A stretch of DNA of 64,000 nt from contig NC_086097.1 of NCBI RefSeq assembly GCF_963921235.1, positions 212,538,001-212,602,000 of the forward strand, written 5' to 3'. Positions 36,736 to 48,624 of the stretch are shown here, in pieces. This DNA comes from Mobula hypostoma. Taxonomy: Eukaryota. The position numbers and the translations under genes were made by a program. The notes under the pieces are model-generated. The model did not search any database, had not been told where the DNA came from, and worked only from the letters and a program-made list of their open reading frames with translations. Each line of letters begins with the position of its first letter. Positions within the stretch are counted from its first letter, which is position 1.

Positions 36736-38964
36736 AAAATTTTGGATCGAGAATCCCGTTATTTCCAAAGTGGCTCTCAATATACTGTAGGTATGTGTAC
36801 TTGTGCAATTAATCTTGCTGAATATCATCAGGGTGCAAAACCAACTTGATACCAGCATTGCCATTTGGAGCTCAACTGTCCAGTTAATGTCTTCGTTTAA
36901 CCATGCACAGCTGAACATGCATTTAGCCGTAAGAAGGAACCCTACCTCAGATTCACCAGCACTTTTCAAAGGAGTCATTAACTCCTTTCAGATCAGCTGC
37001 TGATTAATATAGACTTGCTAATGTCACAGTTATTCAAGTGTTTACTGCATTCTCAGTTCTTTAAAGATGCTGAAGTTTAAAGGATTGATGTGGCAATTGA
37101 AGCGAGATTTAGTTTAGAATTGAAGAATACTGTGCAAATTAATTACTTACGGACATGAATGGACTAAGTGACATTTCCATTATTGTACAGCATGAAAGAT
37201 AAAGACAGTGTAGTCAACACAGTGGGAGGTATAAAAGAAGAAGGAGTCCACATCTGCAACTAGGTTCAAGGGTCAAAACTATCTAAAACTCATCTATGAC
37301 CAATGTATGAAGTGCCTGCTTTAAATCGGACAGCTGCTGCAATCCTAGTATCATACGGTCTTCAAGGTGAGTGTGCCAGGCTTCTGCTTGAAGCTGTAAT
37401 GGAATCTATGACGTCAGCCATTCTGTTAGTTTCAGGAGTAGTGGGAATTACCCACTATTTTCAGGCGGAAAAGGATAGACTCCTAATTCTCTTTCAACCC
37501 TTTCCCCGTTATTGGTTCTGAACATCTCCATGCTCCTTGATATTGCAAACAGGTTTTATGATAGACCCTCACAATGTACCAAGCATTTCATTCTACATGG
37601 CTTTTTCATTCTTCATTGAAGTACCAACTGGAGTACTGACCAGCAGAATTTATAAGAGAACTTTCCCCCTGGAAGCAGCCATATTCTCCACTACTAGAGC
37701 TGCAGGCCATTCAAAACCTGCATATCGCTACATACAAATCCTATATTATGTCAATTTTTTTTTAATTATGTGAGACATCCAAGCTAGTAGCTCCAAATGT
37801 GAAACTGACTGACAATATTTCACCATTATTTTCTTATTCTTCCACCAGTGCTTAGGCAGATTGTAGTGTTTGGGGATCTACAAAGGAAAGAGCAGAATGG
37901 TAGGGCTGTAGGTTTGTGAGAAAGGGAGAACAATGAAGTAAAAGATGACCACTACATCTAGCAACAGTTAAATCAGAAGAAACTGTGTGTTCAGAAGGAA
38001 ATAAGTATATGAATTATTTTATTTTCTAACACTTCATTTTATCATATATTTCATTCAACACAGAAGGAGGACATTCAGCCCATCAAAATTATGCTGACTT
38101 TCAGAGCATTCCTATCAGTCCCTCTACCTGTCTTATTTCTTTCATTCTCAGCAATGGCCCAGCTAATGATGGCTGACATCTTCTGCTCTGTGGAAGTAAG
38201 ATGATGCAGGCAATAGAGTCCTTTTCCACAGGGCTTGGCCTGACTCCTGCTGTGCTCCATCTATGAGGTATTGGGAAGTATGGGCAATACAGTGTTGAGA
38301 TTTGAAGAATCTCTAAAAAACATTCCATTAATTGCTGAGAGATTAATGGTAAGTGAATGTTGACGGTGACTGTATTCAGTTTCAAGGTTTGGATTTTTGG
38401 CACCTGCTATTAAAGTTATCCAGTTGCCTTATCTTTAAGGGCATATCCAGTGGGACTCCAGAATCCACCTTTCACTCCTCATTTAATATATCTTTCTATC
38501 TCACTCACTAAGGCTCTCAGTGCAGCAGCAGGAAATTCTCGAATTGTGTCATCATATTATATTCTATATCAGAATGAGTTGCATTGTATCGCCATCACAT
38601 CCTCCAGCCATTGTGCACAATCTGCTTAAAAGGGATACAGGCAGCACAGGAAAATTTAAATATGAAGCTAACCTCTCTCAATTTAGATCCCTGCTGAGAT
38701 GTGTAGGCTGCACTCTGCTGATCTCACATCAATTAGCACAGAGTCAAAATCAGGGACATTAGCTAATTCTGAATTGCAATTTCCATCTCTGACTTCTAGG
38801 CTTATAAAATTTAGCTCTCATAATTTCCCCCTGCAGCCTGACTATAAATGTAGAGTAATTTAAAGGTTATTAGGGCCAAATAAAGTTACAAAGTTTTGTG
38901 GTGTTGCTATCTGTATGAAAATCAGCTGCTGCTATATATTTCCCATTAACCAGCAGAAAATTAA

Positions 38965-39350
38965 AGTTTAAAAGTTCAAAGTTGAAAGTAAATTTATTAC
39001 TGAAGTACATATATGTCACCACATACAACCCTGAGATTCTTATTCTTGCCGGCATTCACAGTAAATCCAAGAAACACAATGGAAAAAATGAAAGGCCGCA
39101 TCCAACAGGCCAGACAAGCAACCAACGTGCAACAGGCAAACTGGGCAAATACAAAAATAAAAACAAATAATAATAAACAAATAATAAATATTGTAAACAT
39201 GAGATGAAGAGCCCTTGAAAATGCATCCATGGGTTGTGGGAACAGTTCAGTGATGGGTCGAGTGAAGTTATCCCCTCTGGTTCAAGAGCATGATGATGGT
39301 TGAGGGGTAATAACTGTTTCTAAACCTGGTGGTGTGGGTTCTGAGGCACA
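38965..39350 (-). mobile_element. Rex1/Babar 3' UTR remnant
   Basis: AAAGTTCAAAGT...AAATTTATT tail; GGTTGAGGGGTAATAACTGTTTCTAAACCTGGTGGTG (TTRFRNSYYPST reversed). Confidence 0.75.
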
Positions 39351-41637
39351 AATTAAAGCAATTTGTCAAAACATAATGCTAAAAAAATTATTCTTACCTT
39401 ATAATAATTCCTTCAAATATTTAGCACTGTTATATTTCCATTCAGGATGGTGTAATTTGATAAAATTATTCACTTCTATCACTTGCTGTCTTTTTTTTTA
39501 ATGCTTTTAGTTTGTAAAATTATCTTTCAAAATCCCTCAGCAATAATTGCCTGTCTTAATCAGATACATTAATTGGTGTTAATCTGTCAAAACTACTGAA
39601 CACATGAGAGAAGAGAAATAATTTTCCAAAGTGAATGTTTCCTCCTACTTTTTCACTCACCAAAAACCCAACCTTTTCTACATATAGTCTGTGCATGTGT
39701 TTCAGTTGAAAAGCCCTTAACCGAAACCACATATTCAGCCTAAAAATTCTTTTGATTCTATTAATAACAAAAGCTGCATGGAAGTACCAGTCCCACAAAT
39801 CTTAAGGATGTTCTATTTTCAACAAACTGCAGATGAAATTTCATTCCACTCGTATTGACAAAATATATCCTGTCCATTTCTTAATGATGTATTGTGGTAC
39901 CGTTTCTTCTCATGAATGTACCATGCAGTGAATTATGTTCCTGAAAATTTATAACATTTAGTAGACCCAAAACTTTAACTACTTTGCTATTATGTAAATT
40001 CCATGCTTGATTATTGAAAAGTATGTCATCTGCAGTTGAAATAATTCAGCACAAGTTCTTTGCTTATGGATACCCTTTATCAGTTAAATTTTAAGATATG
40101 CAAGACTCAATGTTTTATTTCAGTTTGGAAATATTTAATTGATATAATGAAATTTCAGAAGTCAGTAATGGAATTTTATTAAATTCAAATGTTCCCTAGA
40201 GGAAACTCAACAATCTCATGGATTACAAAACCACTCTCAGTAAAACATGAATATTAGACCCATTCAATTGCCATTACTTCTTTAATTTTTTTCCTTCCCT
40301 TGGTGTCCATTTTCTAAAAAAGTAAAGAACCCTGTATAAATAAAGTTAAATAAAAGACACATTCTAATGGTAATTTAGATTGAGGTAGTATGCATTCAAT
40401 TCCAAGTTTCTAAAGGGGCCCATTTCAAGGGGCATTCGAAAAAGCCTGGAGCTCAACATCTTGTCTACTTTAAATCAAGCACAGTACTTACAGTGAATAA
40501 ATTTAAAACTCACATGAATGTAGAAACGATAAAACTCCACTATTCTGATTTCAAAACTATTTTGTTTTCCCAACTTCTATTGAAATTAATAAATAATTAT
40601 TCTCTTACTCTGATCAATGACAATCTCTGACTTACCCTTTTATTTTAATTTCTTGCTAGGAGGTCAATGATTAGTTTGTTATTTGAATTAATGCTACTAA
40701 TGTGAAAACGGTCAATGGGAATCATTGTCCTGTACTGTAAAGGAACCTAAATATAACCATTCCATACAATAATTCACCTCATCTTTTATATAGGTTTTGC
40801 TCTATGAGTCTTTTCATACAAACTTGATCCAAATGAAATGGTATGTTTTCCAAAACTGTACACCATGGCAGAATAGGCATTATCAAGTATTTTGCAATTA
40901 CCGCTTGTTTCTTTCCTTTGCATCATTTGTACCTATTTACTTTATTTATTAACATTGTCACTGTGTTCCGTCCTTTTTAAAGAGTGGCTTTGAATTGCTT
41001 GCTTGGGAAAGTAAAAATCCTTCAATGGTTGGTGTGAGAAACACTGTAGAATGTTTGAGTTTCACTGATGTATTGCTGGAGCCAATATGCACATTTGTGC
41101 TTTCACCTTCCTAACCCTTCCCCCATCATCCCTATACCAACAACAACCTCCCCCCCCCCGCCCAAACACGCACAGCTGTGGAAGAACAACCGTGTTTGAA
41201 ATGCATTTAAAAGGAATTAAATCAATCTGAAAAATAAGCTGTTCTTCAAGTCATGTTGCATATATTTTTTCCAGTTTTAAGTCAATTGTAACAGGTAGAA
41301 ACCTATTTTTTTTCAGCACAGCACAAGATCACCACTGACCAGTAGTCTGTATCTGATTTACCTAGTTCAGCACATTGTTATAACATACGGGCATTCTAAA
41401 TATCAGGCTCATTATAGGAATTATACTCGATGCCACAGGACAAACAGTATCCCACTAAATATTACAGTTAAAATATTTGTTTTCTTAAATTGGTGCATCA
41501 TTTAAGAGAAGGAGTTACATTATTGTTAAATGAAATAAAATCACAAATTATTTCCAAAATCTGTTTAATCATGCTTTTTGGATAATGCATTGGTGATGTT
41601 ATAAATTCACTGCCTGAAAGAATGGCAGAAGTGCATC

Positions 41638-41930
41638 GGTAGTGTAGCTGCAGTTAGTGCGACACTATTACAGCTTGGGGTATTCCAAAGTTCAGAGCTC
41701 AGTTCTGGTGCTGCTCCGTAAGGAGTCTTTGTATGTGGAATGCATGGGTCTTCTCCAGGAGCTCCGGTTTCCTCCCACAGTCCAAAGACATATTGGGTAG
41801 GTTAGTCGGTCACTGTAAATTGTCCTAGGATTAGATTAGGATTAATTGGGTTTGTTGGGGGTTGCCGAGGTAGTGGGGCTCGAAGGGCCGTAGGGCCTAC
41901 TCTGCTCTGGATCTCTAAATAAATAAATAA
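41638..41930 (+). mobile_element. V-SINE (HE1-like) inserted in a CR1 3' remnant
   Basis: tRNA-like head GGTAGTGTAGC..GTTAG; V-domain-like GCTCCGGTTTCCTCCCACAGTCCAAAGAC...GTAGGTTAGTCGGTCACTGTAAATTGTCC; (TAAA)n tail. Confidence 0.8.
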
Positions 41931-42303
41931 GTATATTCAAAAAAAGCATGGGTAATTGCTTAAAGAGTCAATATTTGCTAGGCTACAGAGATGCAGCTAA
42001 AAGTATAATTAACTGGATGATTCTTAGAAAAAGCAGAGATGGGTTTGAAGGGGCTGGTAGGTTCTTTGAAACACTGGCTATAACAGCTAACTGTTGTAAT
42101 AGTCAAGTAAGAAAGGCAGGCGCTGGATGGTTTCAAAAGACAAGACAATACCTGAAAGAGCTACTTTATGATAAGTGAGAAGAAATGAACAGGTAGAACC
42201 AAAAGGAGAGAGCAGTGAAGAATCAATGACATGAAGAAGTACCAAATGAATTTGTCAATTAGCCTTAAGAGAAGCTGTTGAGAAATACCAACAGATACTT
42301 GCG

Positions 42304-42390
42304 CAATTAAGTGACATTCTTGGAAATTGACCAATTAAGTGACATTCTTGGAAATTGACCAATTAAGTGACATTCTTGGAAATTGACCAA
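42304..42390. repeat. Perfect 28-bp tandem repeat x3
   Basis: CAATTAAGTGACATTCTTGGAAATTGAC at 42304, 42332, 42360. Confidence 0.97.
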
Positions 42391-44246
42391 AGGAGATGAA
42401 GTGACAAGATACTTCATGCAGCCCTCAAAAAAAGAGTGGAAAGCATTCTAGGAGACAAAGTAAAAGAGTAATAATAAAGACTACTGAAGAGGCAAGGAGA
42501 GAAATGGAATAGAATAATTATCTTGAAAATATGAAAAGAAGCTGAAAGAGACCATCAGAACATTACAAGAAATCTGGCGAAAGGACTGAACAGTAAAATA
42601 GCTATCAAAAATACTTACTGATCAAATTCATTATATTAGTATTAATATGTACTGTATTTTGGTAAGCATGATAATTTTTATGGGTTCCCTGTTAATGAAA
42701 GAAATAGACAAAAAACTACATCTTAATTAATCTCAAGCTGATAGAATGGCATACAGTTTGAGCTACTGCAGTTATAACAGATCTTAAAGTATTCATGAGG
42801 TAGAGTTCCATAAGTCTCACAACCACATCCGTTGTTCAATGAACATTCACCTAAACCAATCCTGCCAAACCTATAACTGAACCATCAACACATGTTTTTG
42901 TTGGCACACCAAAAGCTACTATAAAAAGCAATCAAACCACTTTATATGTATTTGTACACCCTCCTCTAAATCCTCGCTGGTCTCTTATAGCTATGCAAGC
43001 ATTTATTTTAAGATCATCACTGAATTTATTATGAATTTATTACTTTTATCCACAATTGTGTCTGAAGGATTTCAAATACTCCCTCTTAAATTAGATAACA
43101 TAGATAGAAAAAAACTAACATTATTGGTTTTGCAGTTTAAGCTACAAAGTGAATAAAGCATGCTGTGTTTAATCTCAGTCAGTGCAGGGCACAGTTGATA
43201 TAACCAAAGAAATGAGAAAAAAAAACTATGTCCTACTCTGGATTAAGCATAGTTCAAGTTTCTGATGAGTATCCAGTGGCCTGTGTTACCATTGTGCCCC
43301 AGATCTGAGCTGAATTTTGTAGCCTCTTGTGGTTGAATATCCTGCTGATCCCCAGCATTCAATAGATTGAAATAAGGTTGGGCAGTTGCATAAAGTAGTG
43401 CACTCCAACAAGGATTCATTGAACTGTGTCCTTCGGGGAAGATGAATGGAGGGAAAAAAAACAATGAAAGGAAGACAATATGTTACAGTTAACAGAACTC
43501 TTAACAAGCTAAGGTTTTCATATTTAACCACCAGATTAAATGGATGAAACATACTGGAGGTTTCAGTTAGAATTAGTATGAATTTTCTGCTTGTTAATGT
43601 TCTCCAGATCTCTCTGACATTCAAAAAATAATCTGAGGCATTTTCAAACAATAGTATATGCTTCAATAGTAGCTACCACAGCCAAATAAACTAACACAAG
43701 TCAAAAGATCAAATTTGAAAATGAGATCACTAAATTTTCACAGCTTGATGGTTAAGTAATAAATAATGTGTTCCCATTCAGTCCCAACATTAAGTCTCTT
43801 ATGTGGCCTGAAGGTACAATCTTTTGGCTGTGACTATTAAATGTAACCACAGTAACGGACACATTATTTCTTGGATTAGTGAACCACTGAAAATATTAAA
43901 GTAATAGACTAAATGGGGGTTTAGCATTGTCTTTCGATAGGATGAAATTTTAGAAGTTCCAAAGTCCTTTCGATGGAGTAAATATTAGATATCTTTAGAA
44001 AGTAGCCTGTCTCCAAACGGTAAGACCTATTAAATAACCTCAACTATTTAAATGTAGGTAAACTACTGTCACCCAACCAACTCAAGTTTTAAAACTATTT
44101 CACATCATTTATAATAGTAGAAATCATAGTTAATGGTTTAAGAAGCACATAGAAACATAGAAACATAGAAAATAGGTGCAGGAGTAGGCCATTTGGCCCT
44201 TCGAGCCTGCACCGCCATTTATTATGATCATGGCTGATCATCCAAC

Positions 44247-47200
44247 TCAGAACCCCACCCCAGCCTTCCCTCCGTACCCCCTGACCCCCGTAGCCACAAG
44301 GGCCATATCTAACTCCCTCTTAAATATAGCCAATGAACTGGCCTCAACTGTTTCCTGTGGCAGAGAATTCCACAGATTCACCACTCTCTGTGTGAAGAAG
44401 TTTTTCCTAATCTCGGTCCTAAAAGGCTTCCCCTCTATCCTCAAACTGTGACCCCTCGTTCTGGACTTCCCCAACATCGGGAACAATCTTCCTGCATCTA
44501 GCCTGTCCAATCCCTTTAGGATCTTATACGTTTCAATCAGATCCCCCCTCAATCTTCTAAATTCCAACGAGTACAAGCCCAATTCATCCAGTCTTTCTTC
44601 ATATGAAAGTCCTGCCATCCCAGGAATCAATCTGGTGAACCTTCTTTGTACTCCCTCTATGGCAAAGATGTCTTTCCTCAGATTAGGGGACCAAAACTGC
44701 ACACAATACTCCAGGTGTGGTCTCACCAAGGCCTTGTACAACTGCAGTGGTACCTCCCTGCTCCTGTACTCGAATCCTCTCGCTATAAATGCCAGCATAC
44801 CATTCGCCTTTTTCACCGCCTGCTGTACCTGCATGCCCACTTTCAATGACTGGTGTATAATGACACCCAGGTCTTGTTGCACCTCCCCTTTTCCTAATCG
44901 GCCACCATTCAGATAATAATCTGTTTTCCTATTTTTGCCACCAAAGTGGATAACTTCACATTTATCCACATTAAATTGCATCTGCCATGAATTTGCCCAC
45001 TCACCCAACCTATCCAAGTCACCCTGCATCCTCTTAGCATCCTCCTCACTGCTAACACTGCCACCCAGCTTCGTCTCATCCGCAAACTTGGAGATGCTGC
45101 ATTTAATTCCCTCATCCAAGTCATTAATATATATTGTAAACAACTAGGGTCCCAGCACTGAGCCTTGCGGTACCCCACTAGTCACCGCCTGCCATTCTGA
45201 AAAGGTCCCGTTTATTCCCACTCTTTGCTTCCTGTCTGCTAACCAATTCTCCACCCACACCAATACCTTACCCCCAATACCGTGTGCTTTAAGTTTGCAC
45301 ACTAATCTCCTGTGTGGGACCTTGTCAAAAGCCTTTTGAAAATCCAAATATACCACATCCACTGGTTCTCCCCTATCCACTCTACTAGTTACATCCTCAA
45401 AAAGTTCTATGAGATTCGTCAGACATGATTTTCCTTTCACAAATCCATGCTGACTTTGTCTGATCATTTCACCGCTTTCCAAATGTGCTGTTATCACATC
45501 CTTGATAACTGACTCCAGCAGTTTCCCCACCACCGACGTTAGGCTAACCGGTCTATAATTCCCCGGTTTCTCTCTCCCTCCTTTTTTAAAAAGTGGGGTT
45601 ACATTAGCCACCCTCCAATCCTCAGGAACTAGTCCAGAATCTAACGAGTTTTGAAAAATTATCACTAATGCATCCACTATTTCTTGGGCTACTTCTTTAA
45701 GCACTCTAGGATGCAGACCATCTGGCCCTGGGGATTTATCTGCCTTCAATCCCTTCAATTTACCTAACACCACTTCCCTACTAACATGTATTTCGCTCTG
45801 TTCCTCCATCTCACTGGACCCTCTGTCCCTTACTATTTCTGGAAGATTATTTATGTCCTCCTTAGTGAAGACAGAACCAAAGTAATTATTCAATTGGTCT
45901 GTCATGTCCTTGCTCCCCATAATCAATTCACCTGTTTCTGTCTGCAGGGGACCTACATTTGTCTTTACCAGTCTTTTCCTTTTTACATATCTATAAAAGC
46001 TTGTACCGTCCGTTTTTATGCTCCCTGCCAGTTTTCTCTCATAATCTTTTTTCCCCTTCCTAATTAAGCCCTTTGTCCTCCTCTGCTGAACTCTGAATTT
46101 CTCCCAGTCCTCAGGTGAGCCACTTTCTCTGGCTAATTTGTATGCTTCTTCTTTGGAATTGATACTATCCCTAATTTCTCTTGTCAGCCACGGGTGCACT
46201 ACCTTCCTTGATTTATTCTTTTGCCAAACTGGGATGAACAATTGTTGTAGTTCATCCATGCAACCTTTAAATGCTTGCCATTGCATATCCACCGTCAATC
46301 CTTTAAGTGTCATTTGCCAGTCTATCTTAGCTATTTCACGTCTCATACCTTCAAAGTCACCCCTCTTTAAGTTCAGAACCTTTGTTTCTGAATTAACTAT
46401 GTCACTCTCCATCTTAATGAACAATTCCACCATATTATGGTCACTCTTACCCAAGAGGCCTCTCACGACAAGATCGCTAATTAACCCTTCCTCTTTGCTG
46501 AAAACCCAGTCCAGAATAGCCTGCTCTCTAGTCGGTTCCTCGACATGTTGGTTCAAAAAACCATCCCGCATACATTCCAAGAAATCCTCTTCCTCAGCAC
46601 CTTTACCAATTTGGTTCACCCAGTCTACATGTAGATTGAAGTCACCCATTATAACTGCTGTTCCTTTATTGCACACATTTCTAATTTCCTGTTTAATACC
46701 ATCTCCGACCTCACTACTACTGATAGGTGGCCTGTACACAACTCCCACCAGCGTCTTCTACCCTTTGGTGTTACGCAGCTCTACCCATATCGATTCCACA
46801 TCTTCCCGGCTTATGTCCTTCCTTTCTATTGCGTTAATCTCTTCTTTAACCAGCAACGCCACCCCACCTCCCCTTCCATCATGTCTATCCCTCCTGAATA
46901 TTGAATATCCCTGAACGTTGAGCTCCCATCCCTGGTCACCCTGGAGCCATGTCTCTGTGATCCCAACTATATCATAATCATTAATAACAATCTGCACTTT
47001 CAATTCATCCACCTTATTACGAATGCTCCGTGCATTGACACGTAAAGCCTTCAGGCGCTCTTTTACAACTCTCTTTGCCCTTATACAATTATGTTGAAAA
47101 GTGGCCCTTTTTAATGCTTGCCCTGGATTTGTCGGCCTGCCGCTTTTACTTTTCTCCTTTGTACTTTTTGCTTCTACCCTCTCTTTACACCCCTCTGTCT

Positions 47201-47288
47201 CTCTGCACTGGTTCCCATCCCTCTGTTGTGAACTAACCTCCTCACGCCTAGCCTCTTTAATTTGATTCCCACCCCCCAACCATTCTAG
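44247..47288 (-). pseudogene. CR1 ORF2 endonuclease-reverse transcriptase, one frame with two in-frame TAG stops
   Basis: ORFs 46758..47279, 45144..46748 and 44247..45143 share a frame; motifs NARSI, ITETWL, YRPP, GDFN, SDH, DFQKAFD, GVPQGSVLGP; stops at 46758-46760 and 45144-45146; FADD reads FADE. Confidence 0.95.
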
Positions 47289-48220
47289 TTTAAAGTCACC
47301 TCAGTAGCCCCCACTAATCTCCCTGCCAGGATATTGGTCCCCCTAGGATTCAAGTGTAACCCGTCCTTTTTGTACAGGTCACGCCTGCGCCAAAAGAGGT
47401 CCCAATGATCCAAAAACTTGAATCCCTGCCCCCTGCTCCAATCCTTCAGCCACGCATTTATCCTCCACCTCATCGCATTCCTACTCTCACTGTCGCGTGG
47501 CACAGGCAGTAATCCAGAGATTACTACCTTTGCGGTCCTTTTTCTCAACTCCCTTCCTAGCTCCCTATATTCTCCTTTCAGGACCTCATCCCTTTTCCTA
47601 CCTATGTCATTGGTACCTATATGTACCACGACCTCTGGCTCCTCACCCTCCCACTTCAGGATATCTTGGACACGATCAGAAATATCCCGGACCCTGGCAC
47701 CAGGGAGGCAAACTACCATCCGGGTCTCTGGACTGCGTCCACAGAATCGCCTATCTGACCCCCTTACTATCGAGTCCCCTATCACAACTGCCCTCCTCTT
47801 CCTTGCCCTACCCTTCTGAGCTACAGGGCCAGACTCTGTGCCGGAGGCACGGCCACTGTCGCTTCCCCCGGGTAAGCTGTCCCGCCCAACAGTACTCAAA
47901 CAGGAGTACCTGTTGTTAAGGGGGACAGCCACCGGGGTACTCCCCATCACCTGACTTTTCCCCTTCCCCCTCCTAACCGTGACCCACTTGTCTGCCTCCC
48001 GTGGCCCCGGCGTGACCACCTGCCTTCCACTCCTCTCTATCACCTCCTCACTCTCCCTGACCAGACGAAGGTCATCGAGCTGCAGCTCCAGTTCTGTAAC
48101 GCGGTCCGTTAGGAGCTGCATCTCGATGCACTTGGCGCAGATGTAGACGTCCGGGAGGCTTGGAGACTCCAGGGCCTCCCACATCCGACACCGAGAACAG
48201 CAAACTGCCCTCTCACTCAT
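47285..48220 (-). CDS. CR1 ORF1 protein: CxxC..CxxC zinc finger, leucine zipper, SGNH/GDSL esterase
   Basis: Uninterrupted 311 aa from ATG 48220; CSRC...CAKC, heptad leucines, IGDSIVR, HIGTND, DGLHLN blocks. Confidence 0.92.
   Translation of the reverse strand: MSERAVCCSRCRMWEALESPSLPDVYICAKCIEMQLLTDRVTELELQLDDLRLVRESEEVIERSGRQVVTPGPREADKWVTVRRGKGKSQVMGSTPVAVPLNNRYSCLSTVGRDSLPGGSDSGRASGTESGPVAQKGRARKRRAVVIGDSIVRGSDRRFCGRSPETRMVVCLPGARVRDISDRVQDILKWEGEEPEVVVHIGTNDIGRKRDEVLKGEYRELGRELRKRTAKVVISGLLPVPRDSESRNAMRWRINAWLKDWSRGQGFKFLDHWDLFWRRRDLYKKDGLHLNPRGTNILAGRLVGATEVTLN
47288..47294 (-). promoter_or_regulatory. Candidate -1 ribosomal frameshift slippery heptamer U_UUA_AAC
   Basis: ORF1 ends acT TTA AAC TAG; the -1 frame TTT AAA CTA GAA TGG TTG GGG is the ORF2 frame. 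Confidence 0.7.
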
Positions 48221-48386
48221 AATGCCCCTCTCCTCAAATAACAACAGAAAATGAATGTCAAACCTTCCTCGCCTCGCCCGCTTCCGCCTAAGCCCGGTGA
48301 GCCGAAGCCCTTAAGTCTTCACTCTGCTCCCGGCTCACTCCGCCGCCCGCAAACTACGCTGCCCGCTCTATGAGGCTTTGTTTCTG

Positions 48387-48624
48387 TTAAATCTGCTGCG
48401 CTGCACAGCCCGACGTCACACGCCTGCACAATCCCGCCTCTCAGAAAGCCGTTGGAGGAACAAAAAATAACGAAAATTTCAAAAATATCTTTCTCGGCAC
48501 TCCCACTCAGACTCTCAGACTCCTTCTTCGAATCAAACCCAAAGCAGGATGTCTGCCCTTTTAAATCTGCCGCGCTGCACTGCCCGACATCACACGCCTG
48601 CGCAGTCCCGCCTCTCAGAAAGCC
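48387..48624 (-). promoter_or_regulatory. Duplicated 64-bp monomers in CR1 5' UTR (putative internal promoter)
   Basis: 48387-48450 and 48561-48624 are near-identical and CpG-rich; minus strand GGCGGGACTGCGCAGGCGTGTGA. Confidence 0.65.

Larger units (their letters stand above)
44146..48624 (-). mobile_element. Near full-length CR1-clade LINE (~4.5 kb)
   Basis: GC-rich 5' UTR, ORF1, ORF2 (APE endonuclease + RT), 3' UTR and (TTCTATGT)n octamer tail at 44146-44170. Confidence 0.97.

Noticed and set aside
42304..42390. 28-bp direct repeats resembling a CRISPR array
   Set aside because: Units are head-to-tail with no spacers, no cas genes, and the DNA is eukaryotic
45144..46760. Two TAG codons as programmed readthrough or recoding
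   Set aside because: Both sit at positions best explained by single C-to-T nonsense changes, and the FADE substitution also indicates decay
46138..46914. 258-aa plus-strand ORF (also 57657..58265, 6006..6713, 47418..47919)
   Set aside because: Antisense shadows of LINE ORFs, Ser/Leu-rich with no independent motifs
47257..47283. ATG right after the ORF1 stop as ORF2 reinitiation codon
   Set aside because: In this copy it is out of frame with ORF2 and terminates after 8 codons (MVGGWESN*)
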